In this document: positions 27,901-37,300 of the stretch, piece by piece
Layout of the letters: every line of letters begins with the position of its first letter
Numbering within the stretch: position 1 is the first letter of the stretch
Assembly (NCBI GenBank): GCA_051294375.1
Contig: CM119270.1
Span: 13,867,316-13,931,315 of the forward strand
Source of the DNA: Paraspadella gotoi
Taxonomy: Eukaryota; Animalia; Chaetognatha
Length of the DNA: 64,000 bases
Direction of reading: 5' to 3'
Program-made: the position numbers and the translations under genes
Notes under the pieces: generated by a model
Databases searched by the model: none
The model's input: the letters and a program-made list of their open reading frames with translations, nothing else
Told to the model about the DNA's origin: nothing

Positions 27901-27943
27901 CAGCTGTAACGTTGATAACGCTCAACTATCTACGGCTGTATAA
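10785..27943 (+). CDS. Dl: Delta (Notch ligand, DSL family), complete 9-exon CDS, ~982 aa
   Basis: Exons 10785-10856, 11398-11685, 12489-12540, 17069-17326, 18385-18445, 23153-23283, 23790-23965, 25351-25585, 26268-27943. All introns are GT-AG, all phases match, total 2949 nt. Architecture: signal peptide, MNNL ([12 protein letters not shown]...[11 protein letters not shown]...[15 protein letters not shown]), DSL ([19 protein letters not shown]...GWTGEFC), 9 EGF repeats, TM, ICD ending LSTAV*. No vWF-C domain, so Delta rather than Serrate/Jagged. Confidence 0.96.
11398..11685 (+). CDS. Dl: Delta exon 2 (MNNL/C2 domain)
   Basis: ttcag|GTC ... CTG|gtgagg; [27 protein letters not shown]...[13 protein letters not shown]...CTFG...SFAWL. 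Confidence 0.95.
12489..12540 (+). CDS. Dl: Delta exon 3 ([15 protein letters not shown])
   Basis: ttcag|GGC ... G|gtaag; conserved GxFxLIxEAWH motif. Confidence 0.93.
17069..17326 (+). CDS. Dl: Delta exon 4 (end of MNNL plus DSL domain)
   Basis: acag|GA ... G|gtgagt; [47 protein letters not shown]. Confidence 0.96.
18385..18445 (+). CDS. Dl: Delta exon 5 (EGF1, first half)
   Basis: tttcag|CC ... AA|gtaag; [21 protein letters not shown]. Confidence 0.93.
22443..22554. repeat. 22-bp tandem repeat, ~5 copies, in Delta intron 5
   Basis: CGCTCCGTCTCCTTCTCTCTCT recurring at 22461, 22483, 22505, 22527, 22549. Confidence 0.9.
23153..23283 (+). CDS. Dl: Delta exon 6 (end of EGF1, EGF2)
   Basis: accag|A ... 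G|gtgag; [24 protein letters not shown]...GWGGMFCNQ. Confidence 0.95.
23790..23965 (+). CDS. Dl: Delta exon 7 (EGF3, start of EGF4)
   Basis: ctccag|AT ... AAA|gtgagt; [27 protein letters not shown]. Confidence 0.95.
25351..25585 (+). CDS. Dl: Delta exon 8 (EGF4-EGF6)
   Basis: ctccag|GAA ... G|gtaag; [13 protein letters not shown]...[12 protein letters not shown]...PCLNG. Confidence 0.94.
26268..27943 (+). CDS. Dl: Delta exon 9 (EGF6-EGF9, TM, entire intracellular domain)
   Basis: ttctag|GC; continuous ORF containing [32 protein letters not shown] and C-terminal STAV*. Confidence 0.94.
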
Positions 27944-29230
27944 TAAAAACAGTTTTTCCGTGCTGATCTGCGAAACTGCTGTGAAGGCCGAAAGGCGCGC
28001 TTAAACCAGTTTTTTTTTTTTTTTTACATTTTTACCAGAATCCCATCGCAATCATTTCTCTCTTTCCCCCGACCCTTCATTTGTTTTGTTAAACTGCTCC
28101 AGTTTATTTACTGTTTCTCATTCTAATGTTAACATCAGGTTTTCTTTACCATTGTTAATCTTTTTGGCTATTTTTTATCGATAACGGATAAGGCCCACGA
28201 ATTTTTTTATAAAATCCTTGTTCCTAATGTGTTCAATTATAAATTTTTCGAACTGGCTTAATGAAAACTTTTAGAATTTGATAAAAAAAGATTGTTAGTC
28301 TCCCGGTTCGAATCCAATTTTTTTAAAGTCTAAATAGTACTATTTATACAAAACTAAGTGCCTTTTTGTACATCATCAATAGGACTTTTTGTTAAAATAG
28401 CCATTTATATTAATTTATAATAATTTAGGCCCTATTTAATGCCAGCCTTCATTTTCAACTTACTTTTAAGCTAAAATATGGGGCCTGTAAAACATAGGAC
28501 TTGTAATGTTTCTCTTAGATATAGAACATTAATTATTAAGTATCCATAGCTAGACATAGTAATACGAACAATCTTTATAAATCCTGTTAGTTAAGTTTCA
28601 CTGTAGTTATTTTTTTGTGGCAGATAAACATTATTTATTAATTTAATTGTTCTTCAGTTGGATCTTCAAACTATTACAGGTTTTGACATATTAAACGGAA
28701 CTAAAACTTAATGCCTTAAACTTTCGATGCCTTACAAAATACTAAAACTACTATGTGATGATAATGTTACGAGTTACAAAATTATTTTGCTTTTATGTTT
28801 ATTTAAATTGTCAATAGTTATTGGAGTAATAAAATTATGACAAAGTAAAATATTAAATTCTCGAAAATGCTATCTGCATTTTAAATGTACTTAAAATCGA
28901 ATTTTGCTTAGACGAAAATCATAATGAAAGCTTAATTATATTTGCCTGTGATTTCACTATTTGTAAATAAATTTATTTATAGGACTTTTCTGACAACATT
29001 TTACTGTCGTTGTCCATTGCCGCAGTGTATATAACCATAACTGCCATATTGCATATTGTTAATGGTATTTTTAAAATGTCTATTGAAATCACTTTGGAAG
29101 CAAGGTAATATTGAGCTCTTATAACTCTCAAAAATATTTTTATTAACTTAATAGCATATTCGCTGATTTTTACCGATTTATTTTTATATAATATCTGATT
29201 TCAATGACAATAAAATTCTCTCGAAACATG
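27944..29230 (+). promoter_or_regulatory. Delta 3'UTR with poly(A) signals and miRNA/PUF-type elements
   Basis: AT-rich. AATAAA at 27942, 28828, 28966 and ~29209; GTGCCTT 28358, TGCCTTA 28712 and 28728; TGTGAT 28754, CTGTGAT 28946; TGTAAATA 28962, TGTATATA 29026. True 3' end unknown. Confidence 0.55.
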
Positions 29231-30084
29231 GCAAAACCGTTTTAATTAAAACCTAACTAATTCTTCAGGAAATCAGGTACAAATAGTCTCAGTCAGTAAG
29301 TAGCTCTGTCTCAGTCAGAGGTCGATTTACTTTAATGTTGAAAAATTCCCGGAACGTTAGACAAACTAGATAACCTCTGATAACATCACCTCATTTAAAA
29401 TCAAACCTAACCTTGGTTTTTGCATAAGTCTCACCCGCATGTAAGTCACGTTCACGTTGATCACGTTCTCTTTTAGGCCAGTAATGATTCCATATTCGAG
29501 GTCGAAGATTCTTCTATTTTTCTCGAATCTCACTTGCTCGGTCTATCTGGTCAGGAACCTAACGCTGACAGCTTGAAGCTTCAAAGTTATTTTTCATCTA
29601 TACGATTACTAAACTTTTTCATCCCGAGACCGAAATATTCAGTTGACCAGATAGACTTGAGCTTTTGTCGCCATTACGATGATTGTCCCTTCGCTCCTTT
29701 AAGACAGCGAGAAGGATAAATTATTCGCCACTGTCTCGGTAAAGACAAAATTAAAAAAGGCATAATTTAATAAAAAATATTTTAAAATACATATTCCGGA
29801 TTATAAGCATGAAATTCAGAGGTATGACCCAACCTTTTGTTCATCTCTTGTTCTTCAAACTAATTAAGGAAAAAAATTAAGAACTTATTGCATCTTGCAG
29901 CGGTAAAAAAATCGACATTCAAAAACAAAAGGCTTTCGAATTCATGTCAATCATTAACGCTGAATAACAGCTTTATGGTTAATCGATATAACCCTTAAAG
30001 AAAAACGACACCGTGAAAATACAACAACAGATTAACTGTATAATCATCAAATAAGTATTGGTAATAATAAATTTACGAATCGTG

Positions 30085-31404
30085 TCATCGCCGTACGGAA
30101 TTGTGACTTTCCGAGTCATGATACAAAAGCAAAAATATCGGGACACCGACCAACAGAAAGAGGACGACGAAGACGATAGTGCCGACGGCGACGCAGCAGC
30201 AAGCTCCACGGCAGCGGCGACCGGAAGCGGCGCCGCCATGAACGACGACGTCGCCGTCTTCGGCGTTGGCGTTGTCGACTAGTGGTCGACGGTCGTCAGC
30301 GTCGTCGTTCGATTCAAAATCGCGCCATCTAATTTTTTATACAAATTTAAGCTTATTCATTATGGTTTCACAAATACTTTTGGTTGGATCAATTGAGTTT
30401 TTCGTTGAGCTAAAATAGTAAAAAAGTTACACCACCACGAATATAATTATTAACTGATTTAACCAAGCGAAAACAAACGTCATAATTTATCCGTTTCGTT
30501 CGCAACGTAATTTACGGAATCAAATCATGCCACGATGAAAACGTTCAATAAAAGCCAGCTCTTTCCTAACTTTCTAGATAAAAAAAGGCTAAGAAATAAA
30601 AATCGCGCTTAAATTTTAACCTGTTTCTCCGATTTCGACGTTTATAGTTTTTGTTGTTGTTGTTGTTTTTGTTAAGATTCCATCGCGAAGCCGAGGAAGA
30701 TCGTCGGCGTCGTCGTTCCGGTGTCGTCGTTCGTTCGTGGTCTTCGTCGTCGTCACTCCTCGTCTCCGAATGACCACGATGTCGACGCGGAGGCTGCTGA
30801 CGCTGCGGTTGACAGTTCGCGCCATCTCTTCTCAGTATGGACGGTCCGACGTCGCCCGCAACCATTTCCGCCGGACCCGTCCCTCCGGCGGCAACCACGG
30901 GAATAACCATCTTCGATCGAAGATCCTGGATCTCCTGCTGCTGTTGACGAAGTAAGAGACTCTGGTACTGCAGCTGCTGTCGAAGGAGTGGGTCAACCGC
31001 GCGATTCCCCGCGTCGCCGAAGGCGACCTTAGGCAATGTTTGCTTACGAATCTGCAAGGGGTCTTCGAAAGGGCGTGGCGCAGGCCGAGGATACCCCAAC
31101 GGTTTGTCGACCGGACGCAAAGTTTGAAGCGGAATCCACTGAGTTTGGCGTGAATGTGCTGACGGGAAATCACTGATTGGGAAAACAATTTTGACGAATC
31201 ATTCAATCAATACGATCTCTCCTTAATCGCGACAGGTCCCCAAATGTAAAACATTTCACGATCATCACAGAATGTCGCCAAACGCTGACCCGTGATAGTC
31301 ACGGTCGCCCCTTCTTCCACGTCGGGGATCCAACGGTCCGACTCGATAGTCTCGGTCATAGAAATCGCAGTCGCCGAAAGTTGACCATTTTCTTTCCATA
31401 ACAT
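30085..31404 (-). CDS. Uncharacterised tail-anchored membrane protein (SH3-like N-terminus, coiled coil, Cys-rich juxtamembrane segment plus C-terminal TM), ~328 aa; 5' end uncertain
   Basis: Exons 31404-31214, 31172-30621, 30328-30085 joined by two phase-2 GT-AG introns (41 nt and 292 nt) give one 987-nt open frame. The last exon reads ...RRCRGACCCVAVGTIVFVVLFLLVGVPIFLLLYHDSESHNSVRR*. Exons are GC-rich against AT-rich flanks. Confidence 0.72.
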
Positions 31405-32466
31405 ATTCCGCTGGACGACGGGACCATCGTGTGAGTCACGAGAGGGGCCTGACGTGGATCGAGTTTTCTCAAAAGGTTTTTCGCAAAAAAATGGAATTTT
31501 TGTTTCTTTTCACGTAAGGTTGACGGATACTCCGTAAAGCGTTTCTGTATCTTCCATTTATATGAGGGGAAGAGTGCGACTTGTGTTTTATATGGATAAT
31601 ATATTAATGCGACTTTATACAGCGAAAGATTCGAAACTTCTACCTTGTCAAATTTTAAGAATCGGGCGATGCCTCGAACGAATAATTTTTGTACTCGATC
31701 GATATTGGGAGTAAAATATCTTGAACCTACTACCACTAACTGGTTCTTGCCATGGCTAAATAGGCTGTTTTACGACTACCAAATATCATCTCCCAAGAAC
31801 GAGAGGGATTGTATTCTAAAATGCATTTAATCTATCACTAACCGTACTTAACAGGTTTCCAATTTATGGCATATCAACAGGAATAATTCTGGAAATGGCA
31901 TGCTTAAAATTGGTTTATGTTACACACGAAACACTCGCGAAACGTTAAATCGACACGACACCAAATAATGTTGTAAAGATACAAAGTACATAGTTATGAA
32001 AGAAAAGGGGGGGAAAATTCCGAAGTGTACAATGCGAATAAGATGCAACGAGGAGCGAAAATTATCTTGTTAGCAATTATTTTTGTACACACAAGTTGAG
32101 AAATCCTAAGGGGGTCAAAATGGGCGGGTTTTCTTTTTTTTTATTGCATTGCATTGCATCGCGTCGCAATCCTCATTGCATCGCACGCAAAGAGAGTTAC
32201 AATGAAGATCGTAAATATCATACATTATACTTATACATATGTTTGTATACAAGGTGCACGATTCTATAGTATGTTAAAAAGGATAAGAAAATTTCGTAAA
32301 TATTGATTCGCTAAAAAAAAAATGAAAAGCAAATAAGCGAGTGCACAAAGCCATCGCAATCGCGCGCGCGAAAAAAAAAAAAAAATATCCCACGATTCAT
32401 TCTTCAAAACGAAAACTGGATAGTTAAATAACAAAAAAAAAAATGTGAGAAACTTGTCAAATATTC

Positions 32467-34375
32467 TTATGCCAGTCCGAAACCCTCGGAACATTCGGAG
32501 ATGGCCGTAATGAGCATAGAGCGGAGCTTGTCAAACGTCTCGTAGGCGGGAAGGTCCAGCTGGTTGAAGCAGGTATGCGCCGAAGGGAGACGGTCCGTCG
32601 ATCGGTCGTCGCGATGGATCTGGAATCGCTGGATGCCGTTCATTCCTTCTAGGTTGGCAAAACCCTGGATTGGGGGAACGGGTGGAAGTAGCACGTCAGT
32701 TAATATGCTGACTCTAATAAATATTAAAGACGATTCAGGTCGTCATAAACTCACCTGTAACGGAACTTTCGAAGTTCCAGTGACGAACTGAAGAAATTTG
32801 GCCCGTTGAGCGTGGTCGAAAGAACGAAGGGCGCGCCAGAACCATTGGATCTATTTATACGCACAAGAAAAAAATGAAAAAAATGACGAAAATATGATTA
32901 AAAAGAACTAAAACATAAAAAATACGAGACTTCCTGACCTGCAAGGAGTTAACTTGATACTTGTGGTACTCGGTGTGGGTCTTTAGGTCGTCCACGTCGA
33001 TGGTGGGAAGGCCTGAGATAAGCAGCTCCAACTCTTGCTCGTTGAAGATAGAGATGAGGCGCTTGGGGATGATGTCGTAGAAGCCGTCGAGGAAGGCGTT
33101 AATTTGTTTGCGGATGGCCCCTGGCGAAGAGAGAAAGAGAGAGAACGTGTCTTAAGTCACGACTCACCAACGCGTGCAACGATTTTCAAAGATTTTTTTT
33201 ATCCCCCACAATCACCCGTCATCTTTTCCTGACAGACGAGTTTGACATATTCATGTTTAGTTTCGTCGGTGACCGGAATCTTCCGTCCGTCCGGCTTCAG
33301 ATCTCGAATCTCCGTCACGCCGAACTCTTGGATCTCCGTGGAGAAGGTGAGCTCGTAGCCGAGTTCGTCGACGCTGTGCTCCAGCAGGAAGACCAGACCC
33401 TTAAGTAGGGAAATGTTAAGCAATATGTATGAACATTTTTTCTGTAGCAACTAAACCAATGAAATATGCACCTGATAAAAGGCGTAGTCTTCGCTCTCCA
33501 TGTCCCGATATTTGACGTTGACGCCCAGAATGTGTTTGTAGAAGGAACGCGTGAAATAACATTCGAGCAGCTTATTGTCGTAAACGGCTTTGGCGATTAG
33601 GTGACCCACGAACTGCGACGGGTTTTACAGTAAGTCAATTTCTAAAAATCTAAAACATGGAACGAGCGATCATTTCGAACCTTGAAATAGGACAAGTGGT
33701 TGGAGTTGCAGTAAGACGAGGAGTTGGGCGTGTAGGTAACGCGGTCGCCCGGGGACGTGGACCACAGGGCGTACATGGGATTGAAGATCTCGCGCGAGAT
33801 GATGAGGTACCACTCGCGGAGAAGGCCGCCAGCGTCTTGGCCTTCTTCGCCTGAGAAGGGAGGGAAGGCGCGAGACGGGGAGAAAGAAGAGTATTATTAA
33901 AAATGCTACAGCACTAGAAACCAAATTTAATCGTGCTACTATATTAGCGATTCTAACCCTCGAAGACGATGTAGAATCTGTTCTTCCACTCCTCGGCCGT
34001 GCGTCGATGCAATTCTCTGAAAGAATCTTCGAAGACGTGATCGCGACGAACGTGGACGGCGAGATCGTCGCGTCCTCTCCCGACTCCGTGCTCGGCGTCT
34101 AACCGGTCCAATTCCTGAAATCAGAAAAGGGGAAGGGAAAGGGGATAATAATTCATGACTTAACAGGTCGAGTGGTCGAACCACATCAGGTCGGACGGTC
34201 GGACCTGTCTGAAGTAGCGCCTTTTGACGTCAAAGTCGAGGATCCTGTTGGTGGTGGCCACGTAGGGGGCGTCAACGAGGACGGCGAAGGGTCCTTCGGC
34301 GATCGGCTGCGTGGACTGGCGCAGGATTTGGTTCAGCACCGTGTGGTGGGTCTCGGCGAAACGGATGAATTTCTG
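32467..34375 (-). CDS. HUWE1: HUWE1 HECT domain exons (catalytic Cys codon 32569-32571)
   Basis: [19 protein letters not shown]...[13 protein letters not shown]...[17 protein letters not shown]...[12 protein letters not shown]...[11 protein letters not shown]. Confidence 0.97.
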
Positions 34376-37300
34376 TCGGCGGAGGAGGACAAGGGTGATA
34401 TAAAAATTGAAATAAAACGGAGACAAGGTTCAAGTAAAAATGAAATGATAAGCTAATGAATAAAACCGAGATTATGACAAACGGAAGAACATGAAAAATC
34501 TTTTTGTAAAAAAAATCACAATATTTCGTTTTAAGCGTCGAGGTCTCCTCTCGAATCTCCCCCTTTCCCCAGCTCTTTTCTCAACGCCCTTGAATCCACC
34601 TGAGTATCCGGATGCAGAGAAGCGAATGCTGAAGGAGCGTTGCCGACTCCGGAGACGGATGCGAGCGAGACGTCGCGAGAGAGCAGCGACGTGTTGGAGG
34701 TCGAAGCGGGCGCGTTGGGCGCCGGCGACGCGGGACCCACCAAATCCGACGCGAATACGTGGTCGGGATCCTGAGACGTCTGAAAGGGGAGGAGGGATGG
34801 AAGAGAGGTGATCGTAAAGAAAGTTAAAAGAGAAAATCACGAAAGGAGGTAAGTTTGATGGTTTAATGTACCAACCTGGAGCGACAAAGGTGCGGTCTGG
34901 TTGCGCTGAGCGGCTGTAGCAGGTTGTTGAGAAGCACCCGATGGCTGGCCTTGCCCCAAGGAGGAGCCAGGGGTGTTCTTTGGCTTTTCCGAAGAATGGA
35001 CTTTAAAAAAAAAAATATTAATTTTATATGGGTTGTACCAATTTCATAAAAAAAGTTTACAATTTTAACCATTCATCGAATGGATACAAGACGAACCTAA
35101 AAAGAAGGCTTCGACGGTAGGCTGCAGAACGAGGACGGCCTTTGGGTCGGCCGTGAGTTCCAGCTCCTTGAGACAATCACCCAGCGTCTCCCACAACGCC
35201 TCGAGGTCGAGCTGTTCGCTGAGTCGCGGCAGGATTCCTGCCAGAAACTCGTCGAATGACGTCGCTGTCGTCGGTTCCGTCTCTGGCGGCAGCGTCGGCG
35301 CGTCGACCTCCATCGGCGTCGATGCTTGCAAAGGCGCAGTAGCTGCTGCGGCGGCGGCGTCGGGGGGCGCCGGGGTATCGGCGGAGACGGAAGCCGGGGC
35401 CGCGGCGGCAGCGGTGACCGGAGCAGTGGCTGCGGCGGGAACGGGAGCGGAGGGCGAAGGGAGCGAGAGAAGTTGACCACGAAGATGGTGAGCAAGGCGT
35501 CGGGCAGCGGAGATGTCGTGTCTTTGTGAAGAGAGGGTCAGAAACATTTTAATTTATTTGTCTTTATTCAAAAAAGGAATAAAATCTCGACTTTCTACCA
35601 ACCTGTCGCTCTGATCCATCAACTCAAAGATGGCTTCCACTTCGTTCTGATAGTCCGATAAAAGCGAGTCGTTGGAGAAGATGGGCCTGAGGTTGGCGCG
35701 TTCAGCCACAGAGGAAGCGTTTTCCTGTAACGTCTGAGAGTTCGAGGACGACGTGGCAGCCACAGCCGCAGCAGCGGTAGCTGCATCCATGAATCGCTGC
35801 CGCACCCGCTGCGCCGCTAATCGGGCCGCTTCACGAAGCTGAATAAAAAAAGTTGGGGAAAGCAGGATTTATAGACAGGCACGTTATCTCTATTCCCTAA
35901 TTCCAATTTAACATTCCCCACCTGAATGACCACTTTAAGAATTCTCAAAAAGAAGTGTTGCGATGAGGACTTAGTGGTGAGGTCGTGCATCGCCGAAAGT
36001 TGAAGTTCGCGCCCGGCGCCCTTTACCGTTGCCGGCGCCGTTATGACCACATTCTCTCCCGGGGAGAAACGGTTGACGAGGACTCCACCAGAAACGCTGT
36101 TCGAGCCGGGGGCGGTGGCGGCGCCCGCAGAGGGAACGGGCGCCGGTTTCGTTGGGCCGTTAGGGCGAACGGAGTCCGCGTCAAAATGGGCGTTGATGTC
36201 TTCGGAGCTCGGGGGCGTCGTCTTGGGATCTTCGTCCTCCCTGTTGTGGGAGCGGACTTGGTCGTGAAGCAGACGGATTTGTTTCTCCACAGTCACGCCC
36301 AATTTTTGGGCGCCGTTTAACAAGAGAGTTAGGATTCGCGCTCTGGAAGGAATTGTTTAACGAAGTTGGAATTTCGTCGAAAAGGATTCGTAATTTATGC
36401 AACTATCCGTGGCAACTGACCTGGTAGCAGGGTTGACCCTGGAGAGGTGAAGCAAGAGGTTCGTGCAGTCCTCGAGCCCTTCCTCCGTGCAGGCTTTGGA
36501 GGTGAGCACGTCGACGGCCAGGTTCAGCTGCGACGACAACACAGTTTCCTTCTCTACAGATTTGGTCGCTTTAGATCCCGAAGCCTCATCACTGTTGAAC
36601 GGGTTGATTCGAATTAAAAGGAAGTTATCTTTAAGAAATACAACAATTCTCACGTTTTGTCGCCCGATTCCCCTCCCATCGTTTCAGACAATGCAGCGGT
36701 GCCGGTCGACGCGGCGTTGGATCCGGCTGTAGAGACGGCCACCGGCGCGGCGACGCTGGACAAGGACGCTGGCGAAGAGGAGTCATCACTGTTGACCTCC
36801 ATCGAGGCGACGCCGCGTTGAATAGTCGATGCTACTGTCGTCGGCTGAGAATGAATTAAAATTTAAAACAATGAAGCGTAAAGAGTTTGTAATAAAACAA
36901 TTCAGAAATGTTTTTTTTTAAAACCAAAAAAACATTTCCAACAAGGAAACCTGAATTACGGTAGGCGTCGGCTCAGTGGTGGCGATGGCTTGAGCGGCCG
37001 GAGGATTTACGTTGGCTCCCTCTCGCGCTCTCTGAAATGACAAATTCAACGGAATGATTACTAAATAAATAAATAAATCTTGGTAGATAAAACTTTATCC
37101 CCGAACTTAGTAGTTTCAATAACCTTTCCCCGTAAATTTTTTTGCTAACCGAAGTTCCTGTAGCAGCGGTATGCGCAGAAACTGACTGGTCTTCCGTCAA
37201 AGTAATGCAGATGATGGAAAGCAGCCTCAACAGCCTGTCGGTCAGTTGGGTGGATCTCTTCATCACAGGATGCGCCAGCATTTCCATCAGCGTGCCCAGA

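Noticed and set aside
26990-27925. 311-aa antisense ORF and other shadow ORFs over Delta and HUWE1 exons
   Set aside because: Expected from GC-rich coding sequence on the opposite strand; no domain content
10785-27943. Serrate/Jagged identity
   Set aside because: Only 9 EGF repeats and no cysteine-rich vWF-C domain before the TM
30318-30330. 13-nt identity between the orphan's last acceptor and a HUWE1 acceptor at ~61159-61171 (ag|ATGGCGCGATT)
   Set aside because: Similarity does not extend on either side; compatible with chance
31720-31745. let-7-like stretch (minus strand GGTAGTAGGTT), tempting because mammalian HUWE1 hosts let-7f-2/miR-98
   Set aside because: Seed differs (GTGGTAG, not GAGGTAG), 3' half does not match, no hairpin partner, and it lies outside HUWE1 introns
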